Origin: Longimicrobiales bacterium
Lineage (GTDB): Bacteria; Gemmatimonadota; Gemmatimonadetes; Longimicrobiales; Gaopeijiaceae
DNA: 64,000 nt
NCBI GenBank assembly: GCA_963664435.2
Contig: CAXXKM010000001.1
Span: forward strand, 1,216,001 to 1,280,000
Reading direction: 5' to 3'
Under the pieces are notes generated by a model. The model worked only from the letters and a program-made list of their open reading frames with translations. It ran no database searches and was not told the DNA's origin. This document shows positions 17,959 through 27,714 of this stretch, piece by piece. Made by a program: the position numbers and the translations under genes. Each line of letters opens with the position of its first letter. The stretch's first letter is position 1.

Positions 17959-20385
17959 ATGAATGCAATCTCTGGCGCCACGGCCGTCCTGGGCGTCGTC
18001 CTGCTGGTCGGGGCGAGCGGAAGCGGCTTCTTTCCGGACGCCCCTCCCGTCCCGGCCCCTCCCGCGGGCCACGCGCGCGCCGCCCCCGACCTCCCCCCCG
18101 CCACGCTCACCGATGTCGTGGTCCAGTACTGCCAGGTGTGCCACAACGACGCCCTCCTGACCGGCAACATGACCCTGTCGGGCTTCCAGGTGGAGGCGGC
18201 CGCGGAGAACGCCGAGACCGCCGAGCGCATGATCCGCAAGCTGCGTGCCGGCATGATGCCCCCACCCGGCATGCCCCGCCCCGCCGGCGACACCCTGCTG
18301 GCCCTGGTCCAGACCCTCGAGAGCACCATTGACGATGCCGCGCGCCGCAACCCCAACCCCGGAGGGCGCACCTTCCAGCGCCTCAACCGGGCGGAGTACG
18401 AGCAGTCGGTGAAGGATCTGCTCGGCCTCGACATCGCCGCCGGCGAATACCTGCCCCTGGACACCAAGAGCGCCAACTTCGACAACATCGCCGACGTCCA
18501 GATGCTCTCTCCGACGCTGCTCGAGGCGTACCTCAACGCAGCCAGCGAGATCAGCCGGCTGGCGATCGGCGACCGCGAAGCCAGCCCCCGCGAGGTTGCC
18601 TACAAGGTCGAGAAGCGCGCTTCCCAGCTCGTTCATGTGGAGGGTACCCCCTACGGCTCGCGTGGTGGCATCGCCATCGACCACACCTTCCCGGCCGACG
18701 GGGAATACATCTTCTGGATGCAGTTCCACGGCGTGGGCGGCAGGGCAACCGGAGAGAAGATCGAGGTCTCCTTCGACGGTGAGCGGGTGGCCCTCCTGGA
18801 CGTGAACCTGCGCGGCGGGACGGAGAACGAGCAGCAGGGCCGCGAGATGGTCACCGACCCCATATTCGTGCGCGCCGGTCCCCGCAGCGTGTCCGCGGCG
18901 TTCGTCAGAACATTCGAGGGGCCGGTGGAGGAAGTACGGGCGCCGCTCGGACGCGCCGTCAACAGCGGCTGGCCCGACCTGGCTCTCACGACGGTGCCCC
19001 ACCTGCGCGAGTTCGCGGTACGCGGACCCTTCAGCGTAACCGGCGTATCGGAGACGCCGAGCCGCCAGAAGATCTTCAGCTGCCGGCCGACCGCTCCGGA
19101 AGAAGCGCCCGGATGCGCGCGCAGCATCTTTTTGCGCCTGGCCTCGGAGGCCTATCGGCGTCCCGCCACCGAAAGCGACGTCGCCGACCTGATGGCCTTC
19201 TACGAGATCGGCGCCGAGGAGGGAGGATTCGAGCGCGGCGTCCGCTTCGCTCTTCAGGCCCTTCTGGCGAGCCCGCATTTCGTCTTCCGCTTCGAGGAAC
19301 CGCCCTCGGGCACGCGAGCCGGCGAGGAATACGAACTCGACGGCGCCGCCGTCGCCTCGCGGCTGTCGTTCTTCCTCTGGGGATCTCCTCCGGATGAGGA
19401 ACTGATGGAGGCGGCCCGCCGTGGGAGGCTGGACGACGAAGACGAGCTGGAGCGGCAGGTCCGGCGAATGCTGGCGGATCCGCGCTCCGACGCCCTCTCG
19501 ACCCGCTTCGCGTCGCAGTGGCTGCGGCTGCAGGACCTGGAGAAGGTGTCGCCCGACATCTACACCTTCCCCTACTTCGACATGACGCTGTCGGACGCGA
19601 TGCGGCGGGAGACCGAGCTCTTCTTCCAGAATCTCGTGCAGGAAGATCGCAGCCTGCTCGAGATCCTTACCGCGGACTACACCTTCGTCAACGAGCGGCT
19701 TGCCGCCCATTACGGGATGCCGGATGTCGCGGGCAGCAACTTCCGCCGGGTCGAGTACCCGGACGACCGGCGCAGCGGGCTCCTCGGACAGGGCAGCATC
19801 CTCATGCTTACGTCGATGGCCAACCGCACCTCGCCCGTCCTGCGCGGCAAGTGGGTCATGGAGGTCCTGCTCGACTCGCCTCCGCCCCCGCCTCCACCCG
19901 ATGTTCCGGCACTGGAGGCCACCGAGGGGATCGAGGAGGGCAAGTTCCTGACCACGCGCGAGCGCATGGAGAAGCACCGGGCCAGCCCGGTTTGCCAGGC
20001 CTGCCACCAGTTCATGGATCCCATCGGGCTGGCGCTCGACAACTTCGACGTGACCGGAGAGTGGCGCGTGCGCGAGTACGGGATGCCACTCGACACGCGC
20101 GGCACCTTCTACGACGGAACCACCGTGGCGAGCCCGGGAGACCTGCGCGACGTGCTCCTCAAGCGCCCCATCCCGATCGTGCGCGCCTTCACCAAGAACC
20201 TGATGGCGTACGCGCTCGGGCGCCGCGTGATGCATTACGACCAGCCGACGATCCGCGAAATCACGCGCGAGGCGGAGGCCAGCGACTACCGGATGTCGTC
20301 GTTCATTCTGGGCATTGTCCAGAGCGACGCGTTCTCCATGAAGCGGACGGATGCGCTCCTGACCGAGGAGACATCCTCCAACTGA
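17959..20385 (+). CDS. DUF1592/DUF1588-family two-CxxCH protein (cassette 2)
   Basis: GGAGG RBS, signal peptide, YCQVCH, CQACH, RTSPVLRGKWV. Confidence 0.88.
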   Translation: MNAISGATAVLGVVLLVGASGSGFFPDAPPVPAPPAGHARAAPDLPPATLTDVVVQYCQVCHNDALLTGNMTLSGFQVEAAAENAETAERMIRKLRAGMMPPPGMPRPAGDTLLALVQTLESTIDDAARRNPNPGGRTFQRLNRAEYEQSVKDLLGLDIAAGEYLPLDTKSANFDNIADVQMLSPTLLEAYLNAASEISRLAIGDREASPREVAYKVEKRASQLVHVEGTPYGSRGGIAIDHTFPADGEYIFWMQFHGVGGRATGEKIEVSFDGERVALLDVNLRGGTENEQQGREMVTDPIFVRAGPRSVSAAFVRTFEGPVEEVRAPLGRAVNSGWPDLALTTVPHLREFAVRGPFSVTGVSETPSRQKIFSCRPTAPEEAPGCARSIFLRLASEAYRRPATESDVADLMAFYEIGAEEGGFERGVRFALQALLASPHFVFRFEEPPSGTRAGEEYELDGAAVASRLSFFLWGSPPDEELMEAARRGRLDDEDELERQVRRMLADPRSDALSTRFASQWLRLQDLEKVSPDIYTFPYFDMTLSDAMRRETELFFQNLVQEDRSLLEILTADYTFVNERLAAHYGMPDVAGSNFRRVEYPDDRRSGLLGQGSILMLTSMANRTSPVLRGKWVMEVLLDSPPPPPPPDVPALEATEGIEEGKFLTTRERMEKHRASPVCQACHQFMDPIGLALDNFDVTGEWRVREYGMPLDTRGTFYDGTTVASPGDLRDVLLKRPIPIVRAFTKNLMAYALGRRVMHYDQPTIREITREAEASDYRMSSFILGIVQSDAFSMKRTDALLTEETSSN

Positions 20386-20419
20386 AGACGGGCGGCAACG
20401 TCCCTGGGAGGCAGACCCC

Positions 20420-21847
20420 ATGAATTTCCTCACCGGCAGACACATCCATCGGCGGACGTTCCTTCGCGGAATGGGCGGATCGCTCGCCCTCCCGCTCTTG
20501 GACGCCATGTTGCCCGCGGGCGCGGGATGGGCCCGGGCCTCGGCCAACCTGGACAAGACCCGCTTCATCGCCGTCGAGATCGTGCACGGCGCCTCGGGAT
20601 GCACGGAGTGGGGCGCGACCCAGAACCTGTGGTCCCCCGCGAAGACGGGGCGCGATTTCGATCTGAGCCCCACGGCCATGAAGTCGCTCGCGCCCTTCCA
20701 GGACCACCTCACCATCGTCAGCAACACGGACGTGCGGATGGCGGACGCCTACACCTCGCCCGAGATCGGCGGGGATCACTTCCGCTCGAGCGCGACCTTC
20801 CTGACGCAGGCGCACGCGAAGCAGACCGAGGGATCGGATGTCTTCGTGGGGACGTCGATGGATCAGCTGTACGCGCAGCGCTTCGGCCAGGAGACGCCGA
20901 TTCCGTCGATGCAGCTGTGCATCGAGAACGTGGACCAGGCGGGCGGATGCGCCTACGGCTACGCCTGCGTGTATACCGACACCCTCAGCTGGGCCTCCCC
21001 CAGCGAGCCGCTGCCGATGATCCGCGACCCGCGGGTCGCCTTCGACATGCTCTTCGGAGCCGGAGGAACGCCCGAAGCGCGCGCCGAGCGCCGTCGGGCC
21101 AACCGCAGCATCCTGGACTGGATCGCGGGCGAGGTGGCCGAGCTGAAGATGGTGCTGGGCGGCGAGGACCAGGTCCGGCTGGAGCAGTACCTGGACAACG
21201 TGCGGGAGCTCGAACGCCGCATTCAGATGATCGAGGAGCAGAACGCGAGCGGCGAGGAGCGGGCCCTTCCGGAAGCCCCGGCAGGCGTCCCCGACTCCTT
21301 CACCGAACATCTGCAGCTCATGTTCGACCTGCAGGTGCTGGCCTTCCAGACCGACATGACCCGGGTCTTCACGCTCAAGCTCTCGCGCGACGCAACCAAC
21401 CGGGTGTATCCGGAGAGCGGGCTGGACCTGCCCTTCCACCCGACGTCGCACCACGGGAACAACCGTGAGGAGATCCTCAAGTTCCAGCAGTTCAACGAGT
21501 TCTTCACCGGACAGATGCTCTATCTGCTGGAGAAGATGGACGAGTCGATGGACGGGGACGCGAGCCTGCTCGACCGCAGCATGGTGCTGTACGGGTCACC
21601 TATGGGCGACCCCAACGTCCACAACCACCGGCGGGTGCCCATGTTCCTCGCCGGCAAGGCCAACGGCCAGCTGGAGGGCAACCTGCACCTGCACGCCCCG
21701 GACGACACGCCCATGGCCAACGTGATGCTCACCATGCTGCACAAGCTGGGGCTCGACGACATGGAGGACTTCGGCGACAGCACCGGCGAATTCGCGCTTA
21801 CGCTGCCCGCGGCGGCAACCGCCGACGCCAGCAGCTCGAGCCGATAG
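20420..21847 (+). CDS. DUF1552 family Tat protein (cassette 2)
   Basis: RRTFLRG, GCAYGYACVY, HPTSHH. Confidence 0.88.
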   Translation: MNFLTGRHIHRRTFLRGMGGSLALPLLDAMLPAGAGWARASANLDKTRFIAVEIVHGASGCTEWGATQNLWSPAKTGRDFDLSPTAMKSLAPFQDHLTIVSNTDVRMADAYTSPEIGGDHFRSSATFLTQAHAKQTEGSDVFVGTSMDQLYAQRFGQETPIPSMQLCIENVDQAGGCAYGYACVYTDTLSWASPSEPLPMIRDPRVAFDMLFGAGGTPEARAERRRANRSILDWIAGEVAELKMVLGGEDQVRLEQYLDNVRELERRIQMIEEQNASGEERALPEAPAGVPDSFTEHLQLMFDLQVLAFQTDMTRVFTLKLSRDATNRVYPESGLDLPFHPTSHHGNNREEILKFQQFNEFFTGQMLYLLEKMDESMDGDASLLDRSMVLYGSPMGDPNVHNHRRVPMFLAGKANGQLEGNLHLHAPDDTPMANVMLTMLHKLGLDDMEDFGDSTGEFALTLPAAATADASSSSR

Positions 21848-21907
21848 GCGGGTCCGGGGCGACGGATGTCACGACTTCATGGATGTGCCGCGCACACTGG
21901 AGAAACG

Positions 21908-23680
21908 ATGAGAAAGATGTTGCGTGAGAAGAGGCGGAAAGCCGGAACCGGGAGAATCGGCGACGGAAGGCCGGGGACACTTGTGGCCGCCCTGGTCCTG
22001 ACCCTGCTGGTCTCGGCGGCGACGCCGCCCGAGTCACCGGTCGCGGACGCGGCCATGCGCGGCGATCAGGGGTCGGTGCGCGCGCTCCTTCAGCAGGGAG
22101 CCGACGTAAACGCCGCCCAGGGCGACGGCATGACCGCGCTCCACTGGGCGGCCGAACGCGGCGACCTCGAGATGGCGCGGATGCTCATCTACGCCGGGGC
22201 CGGTCTGGAAGCGGTCACGCGCATGGCGGAGTACACGCCCCTGCACCTCGCCAGCCGGGCCGGACACGGGGCGGTGGTGGGCGCGCTGCTCGAGGCGGGA
22301 AGCGACCCTGCGGCGCCCACCGGCAGCGGTGGAGCCACCCCCCTGCACCTGGCGGCCGCGGCGGGTGATGCGCGGGCGGTCGCCGTGCTCATCGAACACG
22401 GGGCCGACGTGAACGCCCGCGAGGAGAGGGCCGGGCAGACGCCGCTCATCTTTGCCGCGGCGCAGAACCGGGTGGAGGCGATCCAGGCGTTGCTCGCGGG
22501 CGGCGCCGACCCATCGCTCATCACCACGGTGGTGGACATGGTCGAGTTGGAGGAGTCGCTCCGCGGCGGCGCCGACGACGCCGTGCGCCAGCAGATCGCG
22601 GCTCAGATCGCCGCCAGGGACGCGCAGAAAGAGGAGGAGAAGGAGGAGGAGGGCGAAGAGGAAGAGAAACCGCCAGAGGCCCCAAAGCCCCTCTCCATGG
22701 GGCAGCAGGTGGGACACATGGGCGGGATGACCGCGCTACTGCACGCCGCGCGCCAGGGTCACAGCCAGGCCGTCGAGGCGCTTCTCGACGCCGGCACCGG
22801 CATCGACCAGGCCAGCGCCGACGGAACCACGCCGATCTTCATCGCTGCCCTGAACGGCCACTTCGACCTGGTGCTGGCGCTGCTCGAGCGCGGCGCCGAC
22901 CCGACCCGGGCCAACGATGCCGACGGCACGCCGCTCTTCGCCACCATCAACCAGCAGTGGATCCCCAAGACCGGGTACGCCCAGCCCAACGTCCACCTCC
23001 AGCAGAACGCCACCCACCTGGAGGTCATGGAGGCGCTCCTGAAGGCGGGAGCCGACCCCAACGTGCGCCTCTCCAAGCGCCTCTGGTTCACCCAGTACGG
23101 CGGAAACATCCTGAGCGTCAACATGGTGGGAGCCACGCCCTTCTGGCGCGCCTCCTACGCGGCCGACATCGAGGCGATGCGACTTCTGGTGGCATACGGC
23201 GCCGACCACCGCATCCCGACGCAGAGGCCGCCTCCGCGCCGCCGCATTGCCTGGGACGAGGACCCGGGCGCGGACAAGTCCGGCGTTCCCGCGGTTCCGG
23301 TCGGAGGGCCCGGCGTCTATCCCATCCACGCCGCGTCCGGCGTCGGCTACGGACAGGGCTTCGCCGCCAACGCCCACCGCCACGCGCCCGACGGCTGGAT
23401 GCCGGCGATGCGCTATCTTGTGGATGAGTTGGGAGCGGACGTCAACGTGCGCGACCACGACGCCTACAACGCGCTCCACCACGCCGCCTCCCGCGGAGAC
23501 ACCGGGATGATCCGGTTTCTGGTGGAGCGCGGCGCAGACGTGATGGCCATCAGCCGCATCGGCCAGACGACCGCGGACATGGCCAATGGGCCCTACCAGC
23601 GCACCACGCCCTACCCGGATGCGATCGCGCTGCTGGAGTCGTTCGGTTCCCTGAACAACAACAACTGCCAGTCCTGCTGA
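21908..23680 (+). CDS. Secreted ankyrin-repeat protein (cassette 2)
   Basis: Ankyrin repeats, PIHAASGVGYG, ends NNNNCQSC. Start approximate. Confidence 0.88.
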   Translation: MRKMLREKRRKAGTGRIGDGRPGTLVAALVLTLLVSAATPPESPVADAAMRGDQGSVRALLQQGADVNAAQGDGMTALHWAAERGDLEMARMLIYAGAGLEAVTRMAEYTPLHLASRAGHGAVVGALLEAGSDPAAPTGSGGATPLHLAAAAGDARAVAVLIEHGADVNAREERAGQTPLIFAAAQNRVEAIQALLAGGADPSLITTVVDMVELEESLRGGADDAVRQQIAAQIAARDAQKEEEKEEEGEEEEKPPEAPKPLSMGQQVGHMGGMTALLHAARQGHSQAVEALLDAGTGIDQASADGTTPIFIAALNGHFDLVLALLERGADPTRANDADGTPLFATINQQWIPKTGYAQPNVHLQQNATHLEVMEALLKAGADPNVRLSKRLWFTQYGGNILSVNMVGATPFWRASYAADIEAMRLLVAYGADHRIPTQRPPPRRRIAWDEDPGADKSGVPAVPVGGPGVYPIHAASGVGYGQGFAANAHRHAPDGWMPAMRYLVDELGADVNVRDHDAYNALHHAASRGDTGMIRFLVERGADVMAISRIGQTTADMANGPYQRTTPYPDAIALLESFGSLNNNNCQSC

Positions 23681-23711
23681 AGACGCAGCGGCATCCAACG
23701 GGCGGAGCACG

Positions 23712-26201
23712 GTGAAGAACGTCACGACTGTCGGACTGCTGGGCCTGATATCGGTTGCACTGGGAGCCTTTGGGGATCTCGATGCCGGCAGGGAGGTCGG
23801 GGTGTCCCCGGGCTGGGGAATGGCGGAGGAAGCCGGGCGCGCGGCGGGCACGGACATCGTCCACACCTCCATCGCGCCCGAGACGCTCACCGGCGTGGTG
23901 CAGCGTTACTGCCAGGTGTGCCACAACGACGCACTCCTGACCGGCAACCTTTCGCTTGCCGGGTTCGACGTGGAGCAGGCGCCGTCGCGCCCCGAGACCG
24001 CGGAGAAGATGATCCTCAAACTGCGTGCCGGGATGATGCCGCCCCCCGGGATGCCCCGGCCCGCGGGCGACACCCTGGTGGCGCTGGTGGAGGAACTGGA
24101 GGCGAGGATGGACGCCGCCGCGCGCGCGGCCCCCAACCCCGGCGGGCGCACCTTCCAGCGGCTCAACCAGGCCGAGTACGCAAGGTCGGTCGAGGACCTT
24201 CTGGACCTGCGCATCGACGCCGGCGACTACCTGCCGCCCGACACCAAGAGCGCGAACTTCGACAACATCTCCGAGGCGCAGCTGCTCTCGCCCACGCTCC
24301 TCGACGCCTACATGAACGCGGCCAACCAGATCAGCCGCCTGGCCATCGGCAACCCCGGCGCCCAGCCCGCCGAGCGGACGTACACGGTTTCCGGCTACGT
24401 CTCCCAGCGGGAGCGGGTCGAGGGGGCGCCCTACGGCACGCGCGGCGGCGTGAGCGTGGTGCACCACTTCCCCGCGGACGGCACCTACCAGTTCCGCATC
24501 GTCTTCGAGCACACCACCACGGGCGAGGGCTTCTTCGGCCAGATCGCCCGCTTCGAGCAGCTCGAGGTCTCGATCAACGGCGAGCGCGTGGCGCTGCTGG
24601 ACGTGGACCAGTGGATGCACATTTCCGATCCGGAGGGCATCTCCATGCGCACGGATCCGGTCTTCGTGCGCGCCGGGCCCCAGCGGGTGACCGCGGCCTT
24701 CGTCAAGCGTACCGAAGGGCCGGTGGAAGACCTGATGTCGCCCCACGAGTGGTCGCTCGCGGACCGGCACACCGGTATCAGCGGCTACGGCCTGACGCTG
24801 CTTCCGCACCTTCGGGATCTGGTGATCGGCGGGCCCTACGAGGCTGCCGGCATCTCGGAGACCCCGAGCCGCCAGCGCATCTTCACCTGCCGTCCTGAAT
24901 CGGCGGAAGAGAGCGAGAGCTGCGCGCGCGGCATCCTCGCCCGGCTGGCAGGCAAGGCGTACCGCAGGCCGCTGCTCGAGCGCGACATCGCGCCGCTCAT
25001 GGCCTTCTACCGCACCGGCGAGGAGGAGGGTGGCTTCGAGGCGGGCATCGGGACCGCGCTGCAGGCGATCCTGGCAAGCCCGCACTTCGTGTTCCGCATG
25101 GAGGAGGCGCCGGCCGGCATCCAACCCGGAGAGACGTTCCGAATCGGGGATGTGGACCTGGCTTCGCGGCTGTCCTTCTTCCTGTGGGGAACGCCTCCGG
25201 ACGGTGAGTTGATGGCGCTGGCACAGGAAGGCGCCCTTACCGGGGACGACGTCCTGGAAACGCAGGTGCGGCGCATGCTGGCCGATCCGCGCGCGGCTTC
25301 GCTGGGACCCAGGTTCGCGGCCCAGTGGTTGCGCCTGCAGGACCTGGAGCTGGTTCATCCGGACCAGTTCTGGTTCCCGGACTACGACCAGCAGCTCGCC
25401 GACGCCATGCTGCGCGAAACGGAGCTGTTCTTCAACCATCTGGTGGAGGAGGACCGGAGCGTCCTCGATCTGTACGACGCCGACTACACCTTCGTCAACG
25501 AACGTCTTGCGCGTCACTATGGCATTCCGGGGGTGCTGGGCAACCAGTTCCGGGAGGTGACCTATCCGGGTCTCGAGCGGCGGGGCGTACTGGGCCACGG
25601 CAGCATCCTCACCTTGACCTCGGTGGCGAACCGGACATCGCCGGTGCTGCGCGGCAAGTGGGTGATGGAGGTGCTGCTGGGAACGCCTCCGCCCCCTCCG
25701 CCTCCGGGGATTCCGGACCTGGAAGAGACCGAGGACTCGGAGGGCGGACGCATGCTCACCACGCGCGAGCGCATGGAGAAGCACCGGGCCAATCCGGTAT
25801 GCAACGCGTGCCACCAGTTCATGGACCCGATCGGGCTGGCGCTCGACAACTACGACGTGACCGGCAAGTGGCGCATTCGCGAGAACGGCATGCCGCTCGA
25901 CACGAGGGGCACCTTCTACGACGGCAGCACGGTCGCGAGCCCGGACGACCTGCGGGAAGCACTCCTGCGGCGTCCGGAGCCGCTCATCCGCACGTTCACC
26001 GCGAACCTGATGACGTACGCGCTGGGCCGCAGGACGGAGTACTACGATCAGCCCGCCATCCGCGCCATCGTGGCGCAGGCGGCGGAAGACGACTACAGGA
26101 TGTCGTCCTTCATCACCGGCGTGGTGAAGAGCGACGCCTTCAGAGCCAAGAGGGTACCCGAGGCGCTGGCGGAGAGCGCCCCGCAGCCGCCGGACCGGTA
26201 G
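23712..26201 (+). CDS. DUF1592/DUF1588-family two-CxxCH protein (cassette 3)
   Basis: GGAG RBS with GTG start, YCQVCH, CNACH, RTSPVLRGKWV. Confidence 0.88.
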   Translation: MKNVTTVGLLGLISVALGAFGDLDAGREVGVSPGWGMAEEAGRAAGTDIVHTSIAPETLTGVVQRYCQVCHNDALLTGNLSLAGFDVEQAPSRPETAEKMILKLRAGMMPPPGMPRPAGDTLVALVEELEARMDAAARAAPNPGGRTFQRLNQAEYARSVEDLLDLRIDAGDYLPPDTKSANFDNISEAQLLSPTLLDAYMNAANQISRLAIGNPGAQPAERTYTVSGYVSQRERVEGAPYGTRGGVSVVHHFPADGTYQFRIVFEHTTTGEGFFGQIARFEQLEVSINGERVALLDVDQWMHISDPEGISMRTDPVFVRAGPQRVTAAFVKRTEGPVEDLMSPHEWSLADRHTGISGYGLTLLPHLRDLVIGGPYEAAGISETPSRQRIFTCRPESAEESESCARGILARLAGKAYRRPLLERDIAPLMAFYRTGEEEGGFEAGIGTALQAILASPHFVFRMEEAPAGIQPGETFRIGDVDLASRLSFFLWGTPPDGELMALAQEGALTGDDVLETQVRRMLADPRAASLGPRFAAQWLRLQDLELVHPDQFWFPDYDQQLADAMLRETELFFNHLVEEDRSVLDLYDADYTFVNERLARHYGIPGVLGNQFREVTYPGLERRGVLGHGSILTLTSVANRTSPVLRGKWVMEVLLGTPPPPPPPGIPDLEETEDSEGGRMLTTRERMEKHRANPVCNACHQFMDPIGLALDNYDVTGKWRIRENGMPLDTRGTFYDGSTVASPDDLREALLRRPEPLIRTFTANLMTYALGRRTEYYDQPAIRAIVAQAAEDDYRMSSFITGVVKSDAFRAKRVPEALAESAPQPPDR

Positions 26202-26280
26202 GCGCGCCGGCCACCGGAGGCGAAGACGCGTCCGGCCGCCCCGCCCGCCAGCGGCGACGAACCATCCGAGGAGAGTGGAG

Positions 26281-27714
26281 ATGCACTTCATCACCGGGAC
26301 ACACATCCCCCGCCGTACCTTCCTGCGCGGCGCCGGCGCGACCGTCGCCCTGCCCTTCCTGGATGCCATGATCCCCGCGGGGGGCGTCTGGTCACGGCGC
26401 GCGGCGGCCGAGCCCGCCACCCGCCTGGTGGCCATCGAGATGGTGCACGGAGCCGCGGGCTGCAACGAGTGGGGCGCCACCCAGTACCTGTGGTCTCCCG
26501 AGGCGACCGGCCGCAACTTCGACCTCTCCTCCAGTTCGCTTCTTCCACTCGAGCCCTACCGCGACCGTCTCACCATCATCAGCAATACCGACGTGCGGAT
26601 GGCCGAGGCGAGAATGCCCCACGAGATCGGCGGCGACCACTTCCGCTCGAGCGCCGTCTTCCTCACACAGGCCCATCCCAGGCAGACGCGGGGCTCGGAC
26701 GTGTTCGCCGGCACCTCCATGGACCAGGTGCACGCGCAGCGCTTCGGGCAGGATACGCCGATCCCTTCGATGCAGCTCTGCATCGAGAACGTGGACCAGT
26801 CGGGAGGCTGCGCGTACGGCTACTCGTGCGTCTATACCGACACCATCAGCTGGGCCTCGTCGACCGAGCCGCTCCCCATGATCCGCGACCCGCGGGTGGC
26901 GTTCGAGATGCTCTTCGGCGCCGGAGGCACGCCGGAGGAGCGCGCCGCGCGCAGGCGCACGGACGGGAGCATCCTCGACTGGATCGCCGGCGAGGTCGCG
27001 TATCTCAGACGAGCGCTGGCACAGGACGACCAGCAGCGCCTCGACCGCTACCTGGAGAACGTCCGCGAGCTGGAGCGGAGAATCGAGGGAATCGAGAACC
27101 GCAACACCAGCGGGGAGGCGCGCGAGCTGCCGGAAGCGCCGGCCGGAGTCCCGGACTCCTTCACCGAGCACATGCAGCTCATGTTCGACATCCAGGTTCT
27201 GGCCTTCGCGTCGGACGTCACGCGCGTATTCTCGTTCAAGACGGGAAGGGACGCGTCGTCGCGGGTCTATACCGAGAGCGGCATCGACAAGGCCTTCCAC
27301 CCGGCCTCGCATCACGGAGGCAACGAGGAGGCGATTCTGGACTTCGCCCGCATCAACACCTTCCAGGCGGGGCAGCTCCCGTATCTCCTCAGGAAGCTGG
27401 ATGAGACGATGGAGGGCGACGCCAGCCTGCTCGACAAGACGATGATCGTATACGGCTCGCCGATGGCGGACGGGAACCTGCACAACCATCGCCGCTGTCC
27501 GCTCATCGTGCTGGGCGGCGCGAACGGGCGCCATGAAGGCGGGCTGCACCTGAAGGCTCCCGACGGCACCCCCATGGCCAACGTGATGTTGAGCATGTTG
27601 CACGCCCTGGGGCACGACGACAGGGACAGCTTCGGCGACAGCACGGGCGAGTTCCGGTTGAGCCCGCCGGCGGTCGCCGTCGAGGCTTCGAGCCCCTCCG
27701 GCGGAGGCCGGTAA
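26281..27714 (+). CDS. DUF1552 family Tat protein (cassette 3)
   Basis: RRTFLRG, GCAYGYSCVY, HPASHH. Alternative GTG start at 26275. Confidence 0.88.
   Translation: MHFITGTHIPRRTFLRGAGATVALPFLDAMIPAGGVWSRRAAAEPATRLVAIEMVHGAAGCNEWGATQYLWSPEATGRNFDLSSSSLLPLEPYRDRLTIISNTDVRMAEARMPHEIGGDHFRSSAVFLTQAHPRQTRGSDVFAGTSMDQVHAQRFGQDTPIPSMQLCIENVDQSGGCAYGYSCVYTDTISWASSTEPLPMIRDPRVAFEMLFGAGGTPEERAARRRTDGSILDWIAGEVAYLRRALAQDDQQRLDRYLENVRELERRIEGIENRNTSGEARELPEAPAGVPDSFTEHMQLMFDIQVLAFASDVTRVFSFKTGRDASSRVYTESGIDKAFHPASHHGGNEEAILDFARINTFQAGQLPYLLRKLDETMEGDASLLDKTMIVYGSPMADGNLHNHRRCPLIVLGGANGRHEGGLHLKAPDGTPMANVMLSMLHALGHDDRDSFGDSTGEFRLSPPAVAVEASSPSGGGR

Noticed and set aside
23675..23680. Cys-TGA endings of ankyrin copies 2 and 3 as possible selenocysteine readthrough (selD is in the window)
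   Set aside because: Copy 1 ends in TAG at the same position, the downstream sequences are unrelated, and no SECIS-like hairpin is evident.
10117..26516. Very long antisense ORFs (10117-13017, 17878-20727, 23550-26516 and similar)
   Set aside because: They mirror well-supported sense genes, lack motifs, and are expected shadows of GC-rich codon usage.
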